From sequence record OY723339.1: a stretch of DNA of 9,838 nt. One strand, 5' to 3'. Of the stretch, positions 1-7,978 are shown piece by piece. Below the pieces are notes generated by a model. That model worked only from the letters and a program-made list of their open reading frames with translations, made no database searches and was not told the origin of the DNA. The position numbers were made by a program, and so were the translations under genes. Each line of letters opens with the position of its first letter. Position 1 is the first letter of the stretch.

Positions 1-167
1 GTAATTAGCTAATGGTCATGTTAAAGGTCACGTTACTGTATACTAGTGCATAGTCTCCTCCCTGGTTCCTGGGGTATCCCCTGTATACACCCTCTACAAG
101 GGGTATACGGGTACCACCCTGCATACCAGTGTACGAGACTATACACCAGTATATCGATACGTATACC

Positions 168-913
168 TATCCATCAACACATCATTCCATACATCAAATC
201 ATGTGTTTCATGTCATTAGATGCATCAACACATGATACTACTAGTACTCTCTAGATACTCATAGTACTCCATACACCTCTGCAATGGTGGTATGGTACCC
301 GTACTCCCCATGTACTGTATACCATAGGATACATGGTACTAATGGTGTGTATGGTGTAGTACTACTGGTATTAGATGTGTACCTACTCATAATGAGTACT
401 TCATGTCATCAAATCATGTGTTTTCATGTCATCAAATGCATGCAATATCATGATATCTGGTGACTACTGGATACTCCCTAATGGCCATAATGGCTCCTTA
501 GAGGTATGGGGATACTCCCCGTAGGCCTCTCGGTAGCCTGGATGTGCAGAGAGGGTATTCCCTGTGGAGGTGGTCTCCTCAGGTATCCCGTATGCCATAT
601 CCTGTCATTAGATGTGTATACCTACTCATTTCATGTCATCAAATGCATGCAATTACATGATGATACTGCTCATGAGTACCTACCCGTAGTAGTATACATG
701 TAGTATCCATGGTATACATAGTACTCGTAGTGTATGCTGTTAGGCTATGATGTAGGGGTATCCCGTACCCCTCATACCATCCGTGCATACTACTAGTATC
801 CTGTATATCACTAGATACTGTATATGATCATACGTGCAAACCATGTGTTCAGATGTCTCGAAACATGTGTTTTGGTGTCATGACATACACATTCTATACT
901 ACTAATGAGTACC
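168..913 (+). repeat. A/B-family satellite array: A-like variant (168-390), E-bearing A unit (391-629), B unit (630-913)
   Basis: Units share 'catgtcatcaaat(c/g)catg...' heads and 'ttagatgtgta(ta)cctactcat' tails. The A-like variant carries 'ctctgcaatggtggtatgg'. The B unit is identical by eye to 5039-5322. Confidence 0.8.
485..611 (+). repeat. Element E copy 1 (~127 nt; candidate structured RNA or MITE/SINE-like module)
   Basis: Begins 'ccataatggctccttagagg' and ends 'ccatatcctgtcattag'. Nearly identical to E4. Hairpin ctg-t-ggag/ctcc-t-cag at 562-582. End complementarity between 503-515 and 583-602. Confidence 0.8.
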
Positions 914-1492
914 TGTACATGGTATGTGCTGTAAGGGATACTAGGGGATATGGTGCATACCTCTAATGGGGCATATGCTGCCATTAGGGATACCCCCAAT
1001 ACCTGTAGTACTCTGTATAGCTCATTACACCATGATATGCAATAGTAGTGGATTCGCTCATCTCGACTAGATCATGTCACGAAATGACATGTTTTGGGAG
1101 GTGTGCTGATACCCACTAGTAACACAGATACTGTATGGTATGCAGGTATCCCCATTCCCTCGATAAAGAGGCATCAGGGGATATGCACATGCCACCAGTA
1201 CACTAAGGGATCCAAGGGGTGCCAAAAGGGGTCCAAAAGTGCTCATTTTAGGGGTACCCGTAAATGGCATAATTGCCCCGATTTCGCGTACTCATATTCC
1301 TAAGGTCACTGTAAGGAATATGGTCTCCGGCGATGGCATTCCCATTGTGTGCATCCGAAAAGGGCATAAAATGACCCATTTTAGGCACTTTTGGGCCTTT
1401 TGGGGTCGCGAAAGTGCACATTAAGACCCCTAATGTCTCCAAAAGGGTCCAAAATGATGCATTCGTTTTCTGCCTGACTCGGATCCGCCCTT

Positions 1493-1511
1493 CGCGCGCG
1501 CGCGCGTGTGT
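1493..1511. repeat. (CG)7(TG)2T alternating purine-pyrimidine microsatellite
   Basis: Direct read of 'cgcgcgcgcgcgcgtgtgt'. Confidence 0.95.
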
Positions 1512-1916
1512 TACTATACACTAAGGGCACACAATTTAGGGGTTCCGAGCACCTCCAGACCCCCAATCCGACACCCTCTGGGATACCCTATCTGAGGGGT
1601 ACGGGCCCGAATCCCTTAGGAGCACCTTAGGGATGGTATTGGGGAGGGGTCTGGGAGCACCCAGAAAGGGTCCCAAAACGAGTGATTTAGGGTCCAAAAC
1701 ACCCATTTTGGGAGGTCTCGGGATACCTCAGATACCCATTTCTGGAGGTCTTGGGGTCCTCAGATCATGGCATCCGTGTCCTCAGATACCTAATACCTAT
1801 GGTCTGCGAGTCCCTAGTACCTATCTGCATGGTCTGTATGCCCGTATCCTCTGTGCCATGTCCTCTGTGCATGTCCTCAGTACCTCTCTGCGAGTCCTCA
1901 GTACCTAATGCCTATA

Positions 1917-1952
1917 CCTATCTGCATACCTATCTGCATACCTATCTGCACA
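1917..1952. repeat. 12-bp minisatellite (cctatctgcata) x3
   Basis: Direct read. The third unit ends in 'caca'. Confidence 0.9.
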
Positions 1953-2348
1953 GGTCCTCAGATACATCGCGAGCATCCCCGGACCCCATATCTCATGATC
2001 TGATGGTCTCCGGATCCGCTCATGGTCTCCAGATCTGCACATCCCCAGACCCCTAATCCGATACCCACAGCATATGGTCTCATAGTATGTATCTAATGGT
2101 GATGGTATCCATAGTGGTCTGTATCCCTACTACACACACCATGGTATGTAGTGCATATGGTCTGTATGCCCTCATGGTCTCTGGATCCCTGCATCCCTGG
2201 ATCCCATACCCATGGCATCCCCAGACCCCCGGATCTCATGATTTGAGACCCCAAATCCATCATTTTGAGACCTCTAAAATCATCATTTTAGACCCCAAAA
2301 CCATGGATTTCAGGTCCTCAGATATGCTCTCCGGGATGCTCGTAATGG

Positions 2349-2475
2349 TCATAATGGCTCTCAGAGGATATGGGGATACTCCCCGTAGGCCTCTCGGTAG
2401 CCCAGGATGCACGGAGGGACATTCCCTGTGGAGGTGATCTCCTCAGGTATCCCGTATGCCATATCCTGTCATTAG
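2349..2475 (+). repeat. Element E copy 2
   Basis: Same element in a different flank context: after 'gatgctcgtaatgg' and before 'gtacccattccgaccc'. The 5' arm ggatatgg+gggatac (2366-2379) is complementary to gtatccc (2447-2453) and ccatatcc (2459-2466). Hairpin at 2426-2446. Confidence 0.8.
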
Positions 2476-2900
2476 GTACCCATTCCGACCCATTTGGTGT
2501 CCCCAAAATCATCACTTTTGGTGACCAAAGGGGTACCCCTTTGCAACACGTTTTGGGACCCCCTAAAATGGTCACTTTTGGGACCTCTTTAGGTACCCTT
2601 CCCGGCACCCCTTAAGGGCCATCCTTCGAGGAATGGCACCATTTAGGGGGTCTGAAAGGGGGTCAGAAAGGGTGCTAAAAGGGTACATGCATGAGTACTC
2701 ACACACCATCTTTAAGGGGTTTCGGGGGTTCTGTATCCCTCGAAGGATCCCCCTTAGTATATGGGGTGGTGTTCCCATGTGCAAAAGGGGCTAAAAGAGG
2801 TGTTTTCGACCCTTTTTGCATGCCAAAACCACCAAAATCGATGGTTTTGAGCACCCCAAATCACTCATTTTGGGGGGTTTCGGGCCCTGTTCAATACCCT
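2476..2900. repeat. G-block/A-T-tract segment present only in copy 1, between E2 and E3
   Basis: Same word style ('ccccaaaatcatcacttttggtgaccaaagggg', 'cattttgggggg') but no collinear counterpart in copy 2. Confidence 0.65.
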
Positions 2901-3015
2901 CCATAATGGTCTCTTAGAGGATATGGGGTACTGCATGTAGGCCTCTCGGTAGCCCAGGATGCACGGAGGGACATTCCCTGTGGAGGTGATCTCCTCAGGT
3001 TCCATAATGCCCTAG
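2901..3015 (+). repeat. Element E copy 3 (degenerate; 3' arm largely deleted)
   Basis: Shares 'ccataatggtctcttagaggatatgg ... ggcctctcggtagcccaggatgcacggagggacattccctgtggaggtgatctcctcagg' with E2. After 3000 it reads 'ttccataatgccctag' instead of the 3' arm. Confidence 0.75.
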
Positions 3016-3098
3016 ATGTGCTAATCCCGTGCCGATACCTACTCGCAACACATGTTTTGGGACCCCTAAAACATGTATTTCGACCCATTTGGGGTCCT

Positions 3099-3293
3099 CA
3101 TACCATGGCACCATCCTCTGTGCACATACCATGTATCTAGAGGATGTGGTCTCCATAGGTATCGTGGGCATATCCCCTACCCTATGATATAGGTACCATG
3201 CAGAGCATGTGTACTCCTTATAGCATATGTAGTGATCCCCATGGTGTCTAAGGGATCTGGTGATGTACTGGATATCACCATAATCATGTAATC
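3099..3293 (+). repeat. Module C copy 1 (195 bp, subtype I)
   Basis: Runs from 'cataccatggcaccatcctctgtgcacatacc' to 'caccataatcatgtaatc'. Near-identical to 6935-7129. Internal hairpin catcctct (3112-3119) / agaggatg (3139-3146). Confidence 0.85.
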
Positions 3294-4150
3294 TGAGTAC
3301 ATCAAATCATGTGTTTTCATGTCATCAAATGCATGCAATATCATGATATCTGGTGTCTACTGGATACCCTCTATACATCATATAGTACCCAAATACCTGC
3401 AAGGGCGGATCCTTATGGTTCCCCTTGTACGGATATGCTGTAGTACTAGTGTTAGTGGTACCCATAATGAGTACATATCGAGTACTTCATATCATCAAAT
3501 CATGTGTTTCATGTCATCAAATGCATGCCATTACATGATATCTGGTGATTACTGGATACTCCCTATATACCATATAGTACTCCATACACCTCTGCATGGT
3601 GTAATGGTACCCGTACTCCCCATGTACTGTATACCATAGGATACATGGTACTAATGGTGTGTATGCTGTTGTACTAGTGGTATTAGATGTGTATACCTAC
3701 TCATAATGAGTACTTCATATCATCAAAACACATGATTTCATGTCATCAAATCTATGCAATTACATGATATTCCGTGTATCTAATGATGTGCTGGATACTC
3801 CCTAATGGCCATAATGGCTCCTTAGAGGTATGGGGATACTCCCCGTAGGCCTCTCGGTAGCCTGGTATGCACAGAGGGACATTCCCTGTGGAGGTGGTCT
3901 CCTCAGGTATCCCGTATGCCATATCCTGTCATTAGATGTGTATACCTACTCATTTCATGTCATCAAATCATGTGTTTTCATGTCATCAAATGCATGCCAA
4001 TACCATGATATCTGGTGTTACAGGGACTCCTCTAGATACCCATAGTACTCCATATACTCCCGTAATGGTGTAATGGTACCCGTAGCCCCCATGTCCTATA
4101 TACCATAGGATACATGGTCTGCTGGTATGTATCTAGTAGTACTCGTTGCC
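3294..4150 (+). repeat. A-family satellite array: short variant (3294-3465), standard A (3466-3704), E-bearing A unit (3705-3953), divergent variant (3954-~4150)
   Basis: Successive 'aatgag' boundaries at 3466 and 3705. The standard A unit is nearly identical to 4810-5029, 7301-7539 and 9360-9588. Confidence 0.85.
3809..3935 (+). repeat. Element E copy 4
   Basis: Embedded in A unit 3705-3953. Arms at 3827-3839 and 3907-3926. Differs from E1 mainly in 'cctggtatgcacagagggacatt' vs 'cctggatgtgcagagagggtatt'. Confidence 0.8.
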
Positions 4151-4384
4151 TGTACCCCTCCGAAAGGGTCTAAATACACCATTTTAGGGGTCCAAAACAC
4201 CCATTTTAGGGTCCTAAAAGTGCTCATGGGGGTACCCCCACGAGCCCTTTTTATGACCATTTCTGGGCTTGATTTGCGGACCCCTTTTGGGGGATTGAAT
4301 CACCCGTTTTGGTACCTCCAGAAAGGTGCCAAAAGTGGTCATTTTAGACCCCTAAATCATGTATTTAGACCCTTTTGGGGACCT
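4151..4384. repeat. G-block/A-T-tract module with phased T4/A4 tracts (copy 1)
   Basis: Tracts start at 4182 (T4), 4194 (A4), 4204 (T4) and 4216 (A4), giving spacings of 12, 10 and 12 bp. Duplicated at 7746-7978. Confidence 0.8.
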
Positions 4385-4579
4385 CATACCATGGCACCAT
4401 CCTCTGAGCACATACCATGTATCTAGAGGATATGGTCTCCATAGGTATCATGAGGGATACCCCTACCCTATGATATAGGTACCATGCAGAGCATGTGTAC
4501 TCCTTATAGCATATGTAGTGATCCCCATGGTGTCTAAGGGATCTGGTGATGTACTGGATATCACCATAATCATGTAATC
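4385..4579 (+). repeat. Module C copy 2 (subtype II)
   Basis: Subtype markers are 'ctctgagcac', 'ggatatggtctcc' and 'tcatgagggatacccc'. Near-identical to 7979-8172. Confidence 0.85.
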
Positions 4580-5322
4580 TGAGTACATCAAATCATGTGT
4601 TTCATGTCATCAAATGCATGCAATTACATGATGATACTACTCATGAGTACCTACTCGTAGTAGTATACATGTGGTATCCATGGTATACATAGTACTCGTA
4701 GTGTATGCTGTTAGGCTATGGTATAGGGGTATCCTGCATCCCCATACCCTCCGTGCATACTACTAGTATCCTGTGTATCACTAGATACTATATGTGTATA
4801 CATACTACTAATGAGCACATCGAATCATGTGTTTCATGTCATCAAATGCATGCCATTACATGATATCTGGTGATTACTGGATATTCCCTATATACCATAT
4901 AGTACTCCATACACCTCTGCATGGTGTAATGGTACCCGTACTCCCCATGTACTGTATACCATAGGATACATGGTACTAATGGTGTGTATGCTGTTGTACT
5001 AGTGGTATTAGATGTGTATACCTACTCATAATGAGTACTTCATGTCATCAAATGCATGCAATTACATGATGATACTGCTCATGAGTACCTACCCGTAGTA
5101 GTATACATGTAGTATCCATGGTATACATAGTACTCGTAGTGTATGCTGTTAGGCTATGATGTAGGGGTATCCCGTACCCCTCATACCATCCGTGCATACT
5201 ACTAGTATCCTGTATATCACTAGATACTGTATATGATCATACGTGCAAACCATGTGTTCAGATGTCTCGAAACATGTGTTTTGGTGTCATGACATACACA
5301 TTCTATACTACTAATGAGTACC
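4580..5322 (+). repeat. A/B-family satellite array: B variant (4580-4809), standard A (4810-5029), B (5030-5322)
   Basis: The B variant resembles 630-810, 5039-5220 and 9598-9750, with scattered substitutions such as 'gatactactcatgag' vs 'gatactgctcatgag'. 'aatgag' boundaries lie at 4810, 5030 and 5323. Confidence 0.85.
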
Positions 5323-5901
5323 TGTACATGGTATGTGCTGTAAGGGATACTAGGGGATATGGTGCATACCTCTAATGGGGCATATGCTGCCATTAGGGAT
5401 ACCCCCAATACCTGTAGTACTCTGTATAGCTCATTACACCATGATATGCAATAGTAGTGGATTCGCTCATCTCGACTAGATCATGTCACGAAATGACATG
5501 TTTTGGGAGGTGTGCTGATACCCACTAGTAACACAGATACTGTATGGTATGCAGGTATCCCCATTCCCTCGATAAAGAGGCATCAGGGGATATGCACATG
5601 CCACCAGTACACTAAGGGATCCAAGGGGTGCCAAAAGGGGTCCAAAAGTGCTCATTTTAGGGGTACCCGTAAATGGCATAATTGCCCCGATTTCGCGTAC
5701 TCATATTCCTAAGGTCACTGTAAGGAATATGGTCTCCGGCGATGGCATTCCCATTGTGTGCATCCGGAAAGGGCATAAAATGACCCATTTTAGGCACTTT
5801 TGGGCCTTTTGGGGTCGCAAATGTGCACATTAAGACCCCTAATGTCTCCAAAAGGGTCTAAAATGATGCATTCGTTTTCTGCCTGACTCGGATCCGCCCT
5901 T

Positions 5902-5920
5902 CGCGCGCGCGCGCGTGTGT
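5902..5920. repeat. (CG)7(TG)2T alternating purine-pyrimidine microsatellite (copy 2)
   Basis: Identical tract at offset 4409. Confidence 0.95.
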
Positions 5921-6326
5921 TACTATACACTAAGGGCACACAATTTAGGGGTTCCGAGCACCTCCAGACCCCCAATCCGACACCCTCTGGGATACCCTAT
6001 CTGAGGGGTACGGGCCCGAATCCCTTAGGAGCACCTTAGGGATGGTATTGGGGAGGGGTCTGGGAGCACCCAGAAAGGGTCCCAAAACGAGTGATTTAGG
6101 GTCCAAAACACCCATTTTGGGAGGTCTCGGGATACCTCAGATACCCCATTTCTGGAGGTCTTGGGGTCCTCAGATCATGGCATCCGTGTCCTCAGATACC
6201 TAATACCTATGGTCTGCGAGTCCTTAGTACCTATCTGCATGGTCTGTATGCCCGTATCCTCTGTGCCATGTCCTCTGTGCATGTCCTCAGTACCTCTCTG
6301 CGAGTCCTTAGTACCTAATGCCTATA

Positions 6327-6362
6327 CCTATCTGCATACCTATCTGCACACCTATCTGCACA
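6327..6362. repeat. 12-bp minisatellite x3 (copy 2)
   Basis: Same tract at offset 4410. The second unit is also 'cctatctgcaca'. Confidence 0.9.
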
Positions 6363-6728
6363 GGTCCTCAGATACATCGCGAGCATCCCCGGACCCCATA
6401 TCTCATGATCTGATGGTCTCCGGATCCGCTCATGGTCTCCGGATCTGCACATCCCCAGACCCCTAATCCGATACCCACAGCATATGGTCTCATAGTATGT
6501 ATCTAATGGTGATGGTATCCATAGTGGTCTGTATCCCTACTACACACACCATGGTATGTAGTGCATATGGTCTGCATGCCCTCATGGTCTCCGGATCCCT
6601 GCATCCCTGGATCCCATACCCATGGCATCCCCAGACCCCCGGATCTCATGTTTTGAGACCTCTAAAATCATCATTTTAGACCCCAAAACCATGGATTTCA
6701 GGTCCTCAGATCATGCTCTCCGGATGCT

Positions 6729-6858
6729 CCATAATGGCCATAATGGGCTCCTTAGAGGATATGGTGTCCTCCGCGGGGCCTCTCGGTAGCCCGGATATGC
6801 AGAGGCATATTCCCTGTGGAGGTCATCTCCTCAGGTGTCTCATATGCCATATCCTGTG
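6729..6858 (+). repeat. Element E copy 5 (most divergent full-length copy)
   Basis: Positional counterpart of E2 in repeat copy 2. Retains 'ggcctctcggtagcc', 'attccctgtggaggtcatctcctcagg', and the outer arm pair ggatatgg (6757-6764) / ccatatcc (6847-6854). The inner arm is replaced by 'tgtcctccgcgggg'. Confidence 0.75.
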
Positions 6859-6934
6859 CATACCGTGTGCGGGGTACCCCTCATGACATGATTCCAGACC
6901 CCAAATCCATCATTTTAGACCCTTTTGGGGACCT

Positions 6935-7129
6935 CATACCATGGCACCATCCTCTGTGCACATACCATGTATCTAGAGGATGTGGTCTCCATAGGTATCG
7001 TGGGCATATCCCCTACCCTATGATATAGGTACCATGCAGAGCATGTGTACTCCTTATAGCATATGTAGTGATCCCCATGGTGTCTAAGGGATCTGGTGAT
7101 GTACTGGATATCACCATAATCATGTAATC
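6935..7129 (+). repeat. Module C copy 3 (subtype I)
   Basis: Offset 3836 from copy 1, with the same subtype markers ('ctctgtgcac', 'ggatgtggtctcc', 'tcgtgggcatatcccc'). Confidence 0.85.
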
Positions 7130-7745
7130 TGAGTACATCAAATCATGTGTTTCATGTCATCAAATGCATGCAATATCATGATATCTGGTGTCTACTGGAT
7201 ACCCTCTATACATCATATAGTACCCAAATACCTGCAAGGGCGGATCCTTATGGTTCCCCTTGTACGGATATGCTGTAGTACTAGTGTTAGTGGTACCCAT
7301 AATGAGTACATATCGAGTACTTCATATCATCAAATCATGTGTTTCATGTCATCAAATGCATGCCATTACATGATATCTGGTGATTACTGGATACTCCCTA
7401 TATACCATATAGTACTCCATACACCTCTGCATGGTGTAATGGTACCCGTACTCCCCATGTACTGTATACCATAGGATACATGGTACTAATGGTGTGTATG
7501 CTGTTGTACTAGTGGTATTAGATGTGTATACCTACTCATAATGAGTACTTCATGTCATCAAATCATGTGTTTTCATGTCATCAAATGCATGCCAATACCA
7601 TGATATCTGGTGTTACAGGGACTCCTCTAGATACCCATAGTACTCCATATACTCCCGTAATGGTGTAATGGTACCCGTAGCCCCCATGTCCTATATACCA
7701 TAGGATACATGGTCTGCTGGTATGTATCTAGTAGTACTCGTTGCC
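7130..7745 (+). repeat. A-family satellite array: short variant (7130-7300), standard A (7301-7539), divergent variant (7540-~7745). No E-bearing unit is present
   Basis: Paralogue of 3294-4150 at offset 3835, then 3595. The E-bearing unit of copy 1 is missing exactly at the unit boundary 7539/7540. Confidence 0.85.
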
Positions 7746-7978
7746 TGTACCCCTCCGAAAGGGTCTAAATACACCATTTTAGGGGTCCAAAACACCCATT
7801 TTAGGGTCCTAAAAGTGCTCATGGGGGTACCCCCACGAGCCCTTTTTATGACCATTTCTGGGCTTGATTTGCGGACCCCTTTTGGGGGATTGAATCACCC
7901 GTTTTGGTACCTCCAGAAAGGTGCCAAAGTGGTCATTTTAGACCCCTAAATCATGTATTTAGACCCTTTTGGGGACCT
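7746..7978. repeat. G-block/A-T-tract module with phased tracts (copy 2)
   Basis: Offset 3595 from 4151-4384. A 1-bp deletion ('ccaaagtggtc' vs 'ccaaaagtggtc') truncates the ORF seen in copy 1. Confidence 0.8.

Larger units (their letters stand above)
1092..2348. repeat. G-block/A-T-tract module (copy 1), non-coding
   Basis: Rich in 'ggg(g)tcc/acc' blocks alternating with A4/T4 tracts. Recurrent words include 'gtcctcag(a)tac' and 'cagacccc[c/t]aatccga[c/t]accc' (about 1554 and 2045). Duplicated at 5501-6728 with 10 substitutions seen by eye. Confidence 0.8.
607..4610. repeat. Higher-order direct repeat, copy 1 (long form, ~4.0 kb)
   Basis: Collinear with 5007-8203. ORF-track translations at 811-999, 1067-1270 and 1094-1303 are identical to those at 5220-5408, 5476-5679 and 5503-5712 (offset 4409). 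Homology starts at 'attagatgtgtatacctactcat' (607/5007) and decays after 'catgtgttt[c/g]atgtcat' (4610/8203). This copy carries extra segments missing from copy 2, at about 2467-3098 and 3705-3953. Confidence 0.9.
5501..6728. repeat. G-block/A-T-tract module (copy 2)
   Basis: Paralogue of 1092-2348. It has a 1-bp insertion at about 6146 and a 22-bp deletion ('catgttttgagacc' vs 'catgatttgagaccccaaatccatcattttgagacc'). Confidence 0.8.

Noticed and set aside
485-611. 5S rRNA-like words on the minus strand of E ('ggagaccacctccacagggaataccc', 'ggcctacgg', 'ccatacc')
   Set aside because: From memory these recall the 3' domain (GGGAGACC..CCUGGGAAUACC) and 5' end (GCCUACGGCCAUACC) of eukaryotic 5S rRNA. 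However, the order is permuted and the spacing is wrong, and the central ~60 nt of 5S has no counterpart. I do not call it a 5S gene or pseudogene. A cmscan with the 5S model, or a test for 5S-derived SINEs, would settle it.
370-630. Direct repeats 'ttagatgtgta(ta)cctactcat' flanking the E-bearing segments (370-392 and 608-629; 3683-3704 and 3932-3953), read as target-site duplications of a transposon
   Set aside because: The duplicated word is the normal tail of every A unit, and the 'insertion' is exactly one whole satellite unit. Unequal crossing-over in a tandem array explains the presence/absence without transposition.
1073-1091. Perfect 7-bp hairpin catgtca-cgaaa-tgacatg (also at 5482-5500), and the imperfect palindrome 'catgttttgggacccctaaaacatg' at about 3047-3072
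   Set aside because: Both are small, not followed by a T-tract, and not adjacent to any gene. Such palindromes are frequent in this CATG-rich sequence, so they are not interpretable as terminators or binding sites.
1641-1670. Potential G-quadruplex 'ggggaggggtctgggagcacccagaaaggg' (also at 6050-6079)
   Set aside because: The fourth G-run is separated by a 12-nt loop and two of the runs are only G3. This is a weak candidate with nothing else pointing to function.
1092-4384. Resemblance in style of the G-block/A-T-tract modules to grass centromeric or knob satellites
   Set aside because: This is only a memory-level impression of word style (e.g. 'catgttttgg', 'ccattttt'). I cannot produce an alignable stretch, so I make no homology or taxon claim.
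1245-4390. Telomere repeats (TTTAGGG, TTTTAGGG, TTTTGGGG words)
   Set aside because: The words are isolated, in mixed orientation and never tandem. They are embedded in longer degenerate units, so this is not a telomere tract. It is treated only as a compositional feature.
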